Of a stretch of 64,000 nucleotides of DNA, positions 24,641-36,489 are shown in pieces (within the stretch, counting starts at the first letter, position 1; every line of letters starts with the position of its first letter). The position numbers and the translations under genes were made by a program. Below the pieces are notes generated by a model, which saw only the letters and a list, made by a program, of their open reading frames with translations, was not told where the DNA came from and did no database searches. Source of the stretch: Podarcis filfolensis (taxonomy: Eukaryota); the NCBI GenBank assembly GCA_964270895.1, contig OZ185440.1; one strand, 5' to 3'.

Positions 24641-27607
24641 TCTCAATCAGCTGCGTTCATACCAAACAGCGACAGAAGGCATTAAAAGCTCTATCCAAAC
24701 AAATTGCATGATTTTCCTTAAATCTCACTGCAGATTTTTTTGGGCTGGAAATGTATTCAGTGAAATTTATGACATGACAAGATAGGATCCTATCCCTAGA
24801 ACAAAAAGAATCATATAAACTCTCCTAAATATACAATAAAACAGGGTTTAAATACATTAACCCCCCAAACTGGCTTATTCCTAATTTCTAAAAGCTAGCC
24901 CAAGCAGCTGGTTCTTAAATAATTCTGAAAGATACTCAGTCAAAGAAAGTGTTTCCAAGTAGAGTAGTGGGATTTTGTAACTGTATAGGTAGCCACCAAG
25001 AGATCCCCCTCTGTTTGAGGATACATGACACCTTTGATGCACAACCATTTACATTTCCTTGGAATTGTAAACCTTCGTAGTTTAGTGTAATTTGACGAAT
25101 GTACAGAGGACAGACTTTGCCTTTGCCTGCACTTGCCAAAAGAAAAAGGGAAAATGCAAGGGGAGGGAGAACAAATGCAAAATGGTCCAGAGCAAGCTGC
25201 TTCCCAGCAGACTGGGGTATTTCAGGAGCAGACAGTAGAGGAAGCTTACAAGCGAGTCATTCTCTCCACAGCCCAAACGAAAACTTGATAAATTTCACCT
25301 CTTTCTTCTCTAGCCACAAGTGCCATGCTAAGCTAAACACACTATGGAGGAATTGAATTGCTAATGAACACCAGCTGGGATATCAAGTTTACACATTGTG
25401 GTTGCTGCAAGGGTGGGTTGTTTCAGAAGGGTGAGGTTTTTGAGGGTTGTTGTTTTTTTGTTCCTTTGCCATTATTCCACCTTTTATTCAGCTGCTGGGA
25501 AATCATTCCTGCCCCCCAAAACCACCATGGAATGCCAATGTAACATGAGTCTGCTCCTTGGCTGGTTTGTGGTCTCTCAGCCTCAAAGTCATCTTTGCAA
25601 AGTTGCCTCCCCACTCCTTATCTCACATGTCTGGCAGAAAATGACACACAGTTGTAAAGCTTGTAGAAGGCGGCTTCCATCCACGACCACAACTTTTCTA
25701 CTAGTTTTCCAGGGGTGGTGGTGGTGGTAGTCGGTGGCGGGAGATTCCCTCTATTGCCTCTGAATCATAATAAAGGTCTGGGGCTGCAGATTAGTCAGAG
25801 AAAGCCAAACCACTAGCCAGATGGCTGGAGGCTGAGGTAGAATGGATAAAGCTTGGGTAACTGGCTATGACCTCTCTCTCTCCTGCGTATTGTGCTGCCA
25901 CTTGGCAGGTGATAAAGCAGCAAGCACAATCAAATCAGTTCAATAATTTTTCAACAGCCTTTTTTACAACATCTAGAGGATGGTGGAGATGTCTCAAACG
26001 CACAACCGGGAGTTGACTTGTGCTTGATTTATGATCCAAGTGGAGCTGTATCTAAAGTCAAGTCCTGGGGACGACAAAACAACAGATTGTGGCTGCTTTT
26101 CAAATCACACTTCAAAAGCCATAAGGTTAGCGGCTGCCACACAACTATCTTGACATGCGACTATTTAAACATTAAATAGCTAGCAGTTGCTGAGAACTGT
26201 CTCTGGATTCCAGGGACAAGCATTCACTTGATCTGTTGAGATATACCCGGCGGTGGAAGGTGATGAGTCTACTGGGTTTCTCTCTCTTTAAAAGGTTAGA
26301 AGGGGCAATAAGCCCCCTTAATTATATCAGGAAGCAAGTGAAGTTCTGTGCTAGGATCTGAAGGAAGCATTTTAAAGGAGGGGAGTGGGAAAGGAGCACA
26401 AGTTCTTGTATTTGCATTAGAAATGCCTCTCTACCCAGCACATGAACAAAAACCCTACAAGATGAATTGCGCTTGCCACATTGCGTAATATATGGTTGTG
26501 TTAATATCTTCCTTTGTATTGACCTCAGCAACTTTTGACCTCTTTCCACAGTGCTTATGGGCATTTTACTATTATTATTTAGATGTGAGCTATCCTGTTA
26601 GGTAGGGGAAAAGGGGGAGGAGAAGGAGGAGGGATGTTTAGTTTGTAATTTTCCCTTTTCAATTAAAAGAAGAAAATAGAAACATCCTACTATCCTTTGC
26701 AAACTTTTACAAAACTCCAGCACTGCCTTTTGAGTTTAAATGCCAAAGATATAACCTGGGGCATTCTGAAAGCAAAGAACGTGCTTTACAACTGAGCGAG
26801 TTATGCCTTGTCCCCAGCTATGATTCCTCTTAAATGGCAAAATACACCCACAAGCCTCTTTGAAACTGATTTATACTAATAACTCAATTTACATTAAGTT
26901 AATGCATTAATTTACATTAATTTACGTTAAGTTAATTTACATTAACTTAAAGCTGTCAACTACATTTTTTTTCATAGGGTTGATACCATGTGAGGAGAAT
27001 AGATAAGGCTATGATTTTTATTGAACTAATTATCTCTAGAATGTGAGTGAGGAACCATATCAGCCACAGTTGGAAGACAAGTCAGTTTAAGCCAGAAACA
27101 TTTGTATCATAGAAATTCTATATGCAACACAACTAGACTTGCTTAAATTATATATTATGCAGTGTAACAGAAGGGAAGGGGTGGTGGCAAAGATCCTAGT
27201 TTTACTCTCTGCCTCCCTTCCGTTCACAACAGCCAGTCAAGGTCTCTCAAAGTGATCTCTTAAGTTGCCACCACATGCCCCTGAGCAACCTCCCACTATA
27301 GGTGAGAGTCACTTCCAGGGAACCAGCAGACCCTACACTTCTTGCATGTATCCAGAGATGTATTTATAGTGCCTGTACCATCACCCACTTGCTCCAAAGA
27401 GAAACTATTTAACATATTAACTCACATTCAGACATGAGGAAGACAGTGCTACTGCAGCTCAGGGGCACACGTTCCTAGAAAGGCACCTCTTCCACCACCC
27501 CAACGCTCTTTGGGACACCACTTTGCCCTCCCTTACCCAGGGAATCAAGGTGTGTCAGGGTTACTGAAACTTAACTGGTGAAGCTCCCCTCCTCTCCCAA
27601 ACATTGA

Positions 27608-27696
27608 GACTGCAATCCTGTATGCATTACCTGAGAATATGTCTAATTGGATACAGTGGGACTTACTGCTGAGTAAACTTGCATAGGATTGGGCAG
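27608..27696. mobile_element. About 90-bp palindromic MITE (GCTGCAATCCT...AGGATTGCAGC family)
   Basis: gactgcaatcct...gggacttactgctgagtaaacttgcataggattg; same family as 55722-55810. Confidence 0.55.
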
Positions 27697-28630
27697 TAAA
27701 TGATAGGGAAGTTTCAGGAGCAGTGGGGCAGGAGTATAAGTGGGACACAGATTCCTACAGATTCTGAATCATAAACCAGTATCCCCTTTCAGTGGGTAGA
27801 GGCAGGGAGGAGGAAGAAGAGAATTGCCCCATAAACAACAGAACCTGTTGTTGCCCAGTGTTGCTCAGGTCAAGACAGTCCATTCCATCCTGCTCCATTT
27901 TTACCTGCTTCTTCTACTATCATCCCTGTTGCCAGAAAGGGGAAGAGGAAGAAGAGGAAAAGATCCTGTCTGACTTGCAGGGAGTAGTGGGGAGAAATAA
28001 GTCCTGGGCCCCCAAGGAAGGAACTGTTGCCACCTCAGCTGCTGGCTTTGTCTAGTGGAGACACATGTGGGGTCCCTAGAAAGGGCTCCTGAACCCTTAA
28101 GCCCACAGCTCTGGCTTCATTCATTAGGGTGATTTAGAGCAGCCAAGCTACATTAGCACATTTCACAGAAATTGTGAGGGAGAGGGGCTCACATATAGGC
28201 TTATGGCATTTCTCCTAGAGCACATGCAAACTTTTTTTAAAAAATTAAGAATCCAGGCCCTCTGCTAGTGTGGCAAATGCTGCCTCCTCAAATTCACCAC
28301 CCTGGAGTGAATCAAATTCCCCTTTTCCCTCCCATAAATGCATCACTGCACTTAACAGGAACGCCTGTTCAGTCCCAACTCAAGTAGTATGTGCCCGGCT
28401 ACTTGGCACATGGGAGATTACAATAACACACCCAAGACTCCAACAGCCAAATTATGTGAAGTTTATTTTTATTAATAATAATAATAAAGGAAGAAGAGGA
28501 CAACTGGAAGAAAGCAAAACGCTGTGTCAAAAAAATAAATTACAAGAACCTTTTTAGTTCAAGCCTAACTATCCTAACATTTACTATTGCCAACAGGCTT
28601 CTGGTCTCCTAATGAGCAAAACAGGTTAGA

Positions 28631-28762
28631 TAGGAATATATGAAGCTGCTTTACACTGAGTCAGACCATTGGTCCATCTAGTTCAGCGTCTACACTGAGG
28701 TGCCAGGGATTGAACCTGGGACCTTCAGCTTGCAAGGCAGATGCCCCACCAGTGAGCTACAG
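28631..28762 (-). mobile_element. tRNA-headed SINE with CR1-like tail (internally deleted)
   Basis: Reverse complement: ctgtagctcactggtggggcatctgcc...gtcccaggttcaatccctggcacc (A/B boxes), then gatggaccaatggtctgactcagtg tail. Confidence 0.75.
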
Positions 28763-31254
28763 TCAGATGCAGGTTTTCTGATGGTCAGTGAGGGACAAAG
28801 CTATATGGTCACAGCCCATTTTTAAGGGTTTGGTACCCATGTTGGTTTTGACTGCCTGCTGTTTCCAGCCAATCACAAGTCCTCTAAAGTTTGCCAGGTG
28901 AGGAGCTGGAGAAGATTGCTAGCACTGGTGAAAATGGCTACTGGATTTATTTCTCTGCTAGAGTTGATTAGTAAACTGTTGATTTGAGAAGAGGTGTGAC
29001 TTCTTCACTAAAGAAGAATTGCAGGCAGGAGACCAGGCTTTGCTATATGCACAACCTAAAGAGGGTTGTGCACGTGTGGCAAGCTCATTTTAAGACATAG
29101 CTGTTCACTGCCATTTATCAGTTATTTGCTAACTAGCTATTAACCTTTTTTCTCTGTGTGCTATCTAATAGCAATAAATCAAATTAATGAAGCAAATCAC
29201 TATTATATGGATTGATTTAAAAAATGATCAATAGTGAGATATGGTAGCTCCAAGGAAATTTGAACTGGAGGATCATGGAACTGCACCTTCTCCAGTTTTT
29301 TGCTGCCATTCATAAGGAGCTCAGAAGCTAAAGTAGATGGGAGAAGTTTTATTCACAAATGACATGCATTTATAGAAACTTCCCAAAGGGGAGAGATGTT
29401 GGAGAAAGCAGATCATCATTGTTGCCCACACTAGGACTGTGGCTGGATACTAGGAAATTAATTTCAGCCCTATCTTATGATCCCTTCTTTTACTTTGCAC
29501 TGCACACAAGGTCATTCGCTACTGAATCCATTGCTTTCTTTTCCCACTTTCATCTCTGTATTTCCTGCCATGTTGCTCCTTTATACATGGAATAGCACTC
29601 CCTTAAACTACTCTGCAATATGTGTCTCCTTCCGTCTTTAAGTGCCTTTGTCTAGACTGACTTGTCATGCATGGGTGTGGGAAGCAAGGCCAAAAATTGT
29701 TGTATGGGGGTGGGGGCAGCAAGGCTGGGCTTTGGAAAGGAGGTACAAGATTCTGGCAGAGTCCAAGAGCCCTCCCACCACCTCCCCAAAGCTGGGAAAG
29801 TGCAAATTAAGCTTTGGGAAGGTCTCTAGTACACTGTCAGAGCCCTCAAGCTTTGGTAAGGCAGTGTGAGAGCTGGGGGGGGGGGTGTCAAATGTTGCTG
29901 AGGGCTGCCCTACCCCACACTACCCTAACCTCCCTTGACTAGCACTTCCAGTAATACTTTGTCCCCACAAATTCATCACTCACAAATGCCTTCCCCAACC
30001 TCTAAATCAGTGGTGGGGAACATGTGATGCTCCAGATTTGGACTCCCCACTCCTGTTGACCCCATCCAGCATGGTCAATGGTGATACACAGCATTAGACA
30101 TCCGTATGTTTGATGAATGCATGGAAGTAAGAGTGGCACTATGTTTAGGTGCGCACCAACATGTTATTTCCCCCATATAAGTTACTGAAGTTTTATGCTT
30201 GTTTTTTTTTAAAAATAAAAATCCATCCCATAAGCCATCCCCCTTCAGCATATTTGCAATTTTGATCTGGGTTGGCCTGGAATATTAACTGAAGGAACTC
30301 GTTCCACCCCAGACAACCTCTTTTCCAATTTGAATGCCCTATTAATACTTGTTGTCAGGACATCCAGATTGGTTATTGCTGTTTCTCATGAGATTCATCC
30401 TTTAGCTTCTCCATGTTTTGTTTTTAAAAGCCCACACAGATTCATAACAACAATGCTTTGCTGCAATGTCACATTTCATTAGGCATGTTGTGGTTTGCAT
30501 TCAGCTTCTGAGAATGCGGTTGGTGATCAAAACTGCAGGATTCCAGCTCCTCTGGTGTACTGCAGAAGTCTCTAAGGGAAAGAACTGAGGCCTACAAAGG
30601 ACTTGTAGACAAATTACATGGTGGGGTTCAGTGTCTTGTGGTTTTGAATGCAGACAAAGCATGGGGTAGCAAATCTTTTGCTATGCCATAGTGTGCACAA
30701 GCCATTATGAGTGTTTATCATGTTGATTCTACTAAAAAGCAGCTGTGCATTATACTTCAAATTAGAAAAGAAAATCCATTTTTATTGTGTTTGTGGAACA
30801 GCAGAAACAATATGAGCCACTGCAGTGTTTCGCTAGGAACCATTTATTGTGACAAAAATTATTGAAAGATTCAAAATCGTCAACAGGTACAGTTGGAATA
30901 ATCAAGCACTTAGTTTATTTTTCAGCCTAGCTCATTCAGTGTGTACTTTAGATGACAATGTAGCAACTAACCAATAGTGCCATCAGGGCAGGACTTTGGG
31001 GAAGAAGTCCAGGGACTCAGCAGAACGAGCATGAAGCTATGATATTTTGAAGCAAGCAAGGTAATTCACAGGACCATTAAAAGAGAGCCAGTCTACTGTT
31101 ACCTAATGACACTGCTTTAACCAACTATTGTCTGAAAGCAGTATAAATACTATTTGAATCCTCGAACTCAATAGTGCTTACCTGAAGCTCCTGCCATAAA
31201 GCACTAGTGCTGAAAACTAAAGCAAGACACACTAGATTTGATATACGGAGAGGT

Positions 31255-31372
31255 AGCCAGTGTAGTATATTTCAGATGTTGTTGGACTACAACTTCCATC
31301 AGCCCCAGCCAGCATGACCAATGGTGAGAGGTGATCTGGGCTATAGCCCAGCAACCTCTGGAGGGCATCACA
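31255..31372. mobile_element. Palindromic hAT-like MITE
   Basis: cagatgttgttggactacaacttccatcagccccagccagcatg...ctatagcccagcaacctctggagg. Confidence 0.65.
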
Positions 31373-32721
31373 CTGGGCATCTCTATTGCCAAGGACACTG
31401 CTTGCATGGCTACTTGTAGTATTAGTAGCAGTGCCGGCAGAGAGTACACCTGCCAGAACCTTTTGAGTTCACTCACTGTGGGGAAGCAGGTGGTCTCATG
31501 CATTTCAGAGCCACACAATACGAAACTCTACATCATAAATGTATGAAGAAGCTTCATGCAGAGGGGAAGTTGAACCTGGTTTTCTTGGCCCACAAATACG
31601 AACAACTAGAAGGTCAAGTGTAAACTTGCAGTCTATGCCCAATTTCTTTTTTTCTTCCAGAAAGGCAAAACTGCTGGCTGCTTAGGTTCTTTTGAGTTCA
31701 TCCCAGGTGTCTGAGGAGCAAGGGGTTGCTACTTTTCTTTTGAATTACCACAACCACTACAAAACCCCAGAGAAAACACCTCAATCAATGAAGCGGCGCT
31801 GATGGGAATTTTGTTGAACTTGATGTGCACCTCAGATTAACATCTAGGGGGAGAATACCAACTCAAGGCCATGTGGGTTTCTAAAGGAATGGTGACAAAC
31901 TGAGCGCTTGACTGAACCAAGCAGACGGCTCTGCCGCTATTAGCAAGCTACTCTGGGCAATGATTTCAAATGAAAGTCTGTATTTTATTAATTATGAGTC
32001 TGCTTTGCTGCTGAACTCTTTAATGAGTTCCCCAGCTGTATCAATCCATAGCCATTAAGTCTAAATAGCTTGTGTGCGTGCACGGATAACAGTTAGGCTA
32101 AAATGCATTCATCACCCAGAAATTAAGCATGTAGGTTTACAAGAATGCACAGCTCATCAGCTGCACATGAAGCCATTTTTGCCTTTTGATAACATTTGTG
32201 AGGATTTAAACTTTCATTTTTGTAGAATAAGGAAAGCTTAGGACCCACACGGTTGTCAAGGAAAGGTTTGAGAATGTTAACTACAATGCTTGTGCTGCAG
32301 GCTAAGTTGGAGGAAGACACAGTGCCTTATTTTAAAGCAGAAAAACCGGCATCATTATGAGGTGGGGCTTGTGCATGGAGGAAGGGCATGCACATTCTAA
32401 GGACTGGGGGGGGGGGGAGAGTTCAGCTTTGTGCCAGTTGTATAACTGGTCTGAATATGACATAGAAGTAAGAAGGGTGAAGGGGTAAGGCTAATCCCCC
32501 ATTTTCTACTGGGAGAAAGCATGGTTACCACAAGCTGCCCTTTGAAAGACCCTTCAAAGGATAGAGTGGTCATCTTAATCAGCTGTATCTCCTATTGCAG
32601 GATAACTAATTCAAGAAAAGACAAAGATTAACATAGCATTAGGAGATAAGCCATTGCCAAATTCATGCTTAGCTTGGAAATGTGCATTTCTTACACTAAA
32701 AATAGCATTTTTGGTTCTGAC

Positions 32722-33061
32722 TAGGGTTGGCTGGATCCGTCCATTTTCAATCCATGCCAGTTTCACATGTGTTCATTCATAGGTTTGTTCCTTCCCGTTT
32801 CTGCACCAATCTGCAATTTTGAATTTTGTATTTAAATTAATATTTGAATATGTATTTCCCCACTCAATCCCATGTATGCATTTCTAAACATATTTCATCC
32901 TAAAATATACATTTCAAAGCATTTCAGAATGTTTCTTGAGTTGCAAACTATCTCAAAACTTAGAGATATGCAAAGGACAACTCTGTTCCGATCCACACAT
33001 TCATCTAGTGGGTGCAGTTTGCAGAAGAACTTGTAGAACTTGAATTCCTCCAACATTCCTA
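32722..33061. mobile_element. Old DNA-transposon relic
   Basis: Ends tagggttggctgga / tcctccaacattccta resemble TAGGGATG-type TIRs, with an AT-rich interior. No TSD confirmed. Confidence 0.4.
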
Positions 33062-35244
33062 TTTCTGACTAGAAAGCCTCTAAATCAAGCATGAGTGATG
33101 CTTGTCCTAAATAAATCAATCACATCCTGCAGCTGATGATTAGAGAACATCCTATCTATGAACCACCTTACTCTTTTAGCTGTGCATCTCTTTCTTAGGT
33201 GGATACATAGCCCTCAAACCAAGACCAACAGTGCTTTTAGACAATGACAATAATCATTCTCCACCTGGTGGGTTGAAAACAAATTACAGGATGGGAATTA
33301 AGAGTCAAGAGAGGATGTGGTGGCCTGACAAACCCATCAGGATTGTTAATTTCTACAAAGCAAGGTCCATCTGGTGACTCTGCCGGGTTCCTCCATCCTT
33401 CAAGCAGGTTGGCAGGAAATGCAAATAGCTAGCTCTATCACTGCTGGGTTTCAACTTAGTGCATTGCCAGTGGCTGTCAAGTAGATAAGATGAGAAAAGG
33501 AGCAAGGATCATTTGTATTGTTGCAAATGCTTCTAGTCTCATTTACAAACCCACCTATCCCAGCCAATTCTGCTAGTTTTATTGATAAATCCCTCAAACC
33601 TTAGGCTTTCTGCCTCTGTATCCACTTCTCTGGCAACTGCAGCATATGATTTTGGGTATTCATCTTTTCCCAATCACATAGACAAATTAGCATACTTCCA
33701 TACAGCTTCCATACAGCTGAAGATTTATTCATCTGTGAAGCAACAAAGTCTGTTGATTTTGATGGACATGGTGAAATGCGTGGTTGTGTTTACAAACAGT
33801 TTAGTATGAGAACAGGCAAAGTTGTTCAACTCAGACATGGTGTTAGAAGACATTTAAAGCTTTTCTTGGCTTTGGCATATTTGTTTTACAGCTGAGATTT
33901 CAGCCAGAACAGCCATCAACCCAGGGCTCTTCTTGTGTGCAACACTTTTATAGTGATGCAGAGAATGAAACTCCCTTGTCCTAAACTTTTGCACACAGAC
34001 TATACAACACCAACAGAATTGCTTTTACCATCGGATTTGTCAAGCAGGGAAATAAGTATCCTACATCTCCAGGGCCATCAGCCCAACCATTTCCACCAGT
34101 GGGTGATTCACTTAAGAAAATAAAGTAGCTAATTATTTAACAACCTCCCTGTAATCCTAGCAGCACTAATGGGTTCTGCTGTCTTACCGCTGCTCTCGTT
34201 TAAAGCTTGTAAAGCTAAGCAAGAGAGGCAGGAGGTTAAAAATATCACCTTCCAAGCAAAACAGCATCATGTTTGGATCTTCTCAGAGAAATTAAAGCAA
34301 CAAAAGGGCCGTGAACTTGCTCGTAGTGTAACCAAGAGACACACTCCTCTCGCTGCTGTACGTGTCCATCTGGCAAAGACATACTTTCGATTTTAGCAAG
34401 AGCAATGACGAGTGGACAACAAGGGTGATGTGCACATGGCAAAGAGGCCGGAAGAAATGAAAGCTGCATGGCAGGCAACACATTTGTTCATCTTATGAAT
34501 ACTGTACATCTATTCATATCTGAAATTATACAACTGCTACTGGTGCATGCGCCTGCCGTACACAGCATGAAATTAAAATTCCTCCTCAGTATCACATTGC
34601 AAGCTAGAGTTGTTCCACAGAGCCGACAGAAAATGTATCCATTGGCTTCCTCAGCACCGGGATTGGAAGCCAGTGGGGTGAGGGAGACAGGTCTATCGCC
34701 TGAGGTAAAAATATTCCATTTCCAAAATAAATCCCGTAGAAATATTGCTAGCCTAGAGCATATCTCTTGGTATTAATTTCACAGTATGGATTCATGCATA
34801 ACTTCCGCACTGCTCCCCTCCCTCTCTCCCTCCTTCCCTCCCTCCCTCCACGCTCACTCTTTTCCCTCTTATCTTTCCAGAACAAACACAATGCGAAAGC
34901 TAATTCTAGTAGCCTTCCAGCCCAGAGTCCACCCAATGTCATTGGTCCTGCTGGAAATGTACTATGCGAGGGAAGTATGAAGAGAACAAAGGGACACTAA
35001 CTGAAGGAACTGGGGACAAGTGAGGGCTTTTGTGTGCTTCATGCTGCAGTAGTTCAAATGGAGACATGTGCTGTGACACACTCTACACACTCTTCATTCA
35101 TTTTGATTAGGTTCAATTCAAACATTACCCCAGATACATAGTTGGTGCAAAGGACTCTGCAGGGCTACCTCTCCATATGGTTAGCTATATATGTGTGGCA
35201 AACTAGGTCATGTATGCAAGCAAAGTTAGCTGAATAGGAAAGAC

Positions 35245-35480
35245 TTAAGAACATAAGCTGAAAGCTGCTGGATCAGGCCAGTGGCCCATCTAGTCCAGCA
35301 TGCTGTTCTCACAGTGGCCAGCCAGATGTCTATGGAAAATCTGCAAGCAGGACCTGAGTACAGCACCACTCTCTTGTGGTTTCCAGCAACTGGAATTCAG
35401 AAGCATACTGCCTCCATCAGTAGAAATAGAACATAGCCATCAATAGCTTTATCCCCCGTGAATTTGTGTAATCCTCTTTA
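35245..35480 (-). mobile_element. CR1 LINE 3' UTR fragment
   Basis: taagaacataag tail (reverse of the CR1 octamer repeat), then gctgctggatcaggccagtggcccatctagtccagcat...ctcacagtggcc. Confidence 0.8.
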
Positions 35481-35735
35481 ATAACCATCTACTTCACCCA
35501 TGTAGTTGAACCTCCTTCTCTGGCCTGACACAGTCTAGACATTTGGAACTCCAAAATCTCATCAGCCCCAGCCAGCATGGCCAATGATCAGGGTGATGGA
35601 AGCTGTAGTTCAAAACTGTACTGCAGCTCCAGAAATGTAAAGGAAGTTACTGTATCTTATATCTCAGAGTATTCGGCCCACTTGGCCCAACAGAGTCAAA
35701 TCTGGCTAGCTGCGACTCTCCAGCTCTCAATGTAA

Positions 35736-36048
35736 TTTATTATTATTATTCAATTTATACACTGCCGTATACCCAGGGGTCTCAGGGCAGTTCACAAACA
35801 AGACCACAACATATAAAATCAAACAAAAAACAATAACCTAATTAAAAACCCCAAAAAGAGCCACATTCTAAAAGGGCATTGGATGTCAATAAGATCAAAC
35901 AACCTGGTTTAAAAAGGAACATGTTTGCCTGGTGCCTAAAGGTGTATAATGAAGGCGCCAGGCAAACTACCTTGGGGAGAGCATTCCATAGATGGGGAGA
36001 CACTGCAGAGAAGGCCTGTTCTCATGTTTGCCACCCTCTGAACCTCTC
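35736..36048 (-). mobile_element. L2 LINE 3' end
   Basis: (TTA)n tail, ctcagggcagttcac, then gcctggtgcctaaag...gagagcattccatagatggggagacactgcagagaaggcc. Confidence 0.75.
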
Positions 36049-36330
36049 GATATCAATTTTGAACTAGGAATGACATTATCTTCATCATCTACATTTATAT
36101 ATTCACCCTATAACAGAGGTTTTCATGGCAGCTTACAAAGCAATAAATAATAAATGCAACATCAAAATACAGTATAAACCAATAAAACTATTTAAAAAAT
36201 TACGTGAACTTGAAGGCACAATTTATAACAATTTAAAATTGAGAGGTCCAGAATGTGAAGCTTAAGTTGTTTAAAAGGCTTGGATGAATAGCTGCAGTGG
36301 TGTGCGTGGTATTGTAGTCATGCCAGTGTG

Positions 36331-36489
36331 ACCGCTGCTTACCTGGATGGGTGGGGCAGCAGTGAAGCTGGGGCATGTAGTTCCATCATAAAAAACACTG
36401 TGGTTAACCAGACGCTTGTGCCAGTTCAGCTGTATGGTGGTGTGACTTTGCTATCATCCCGCCCCAGTCCTGTCCAGGTAAGCAGCAGT
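36331..36489. repeat. Imperfect long inverted repeat (probable MITE relic)
   Basis: accgctgcttacctgga (36331-36347) pairs with tccaggtaagcagcagt (36473-36489), 16/17, with patchy pairing further inward. Confidence 0.75.
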
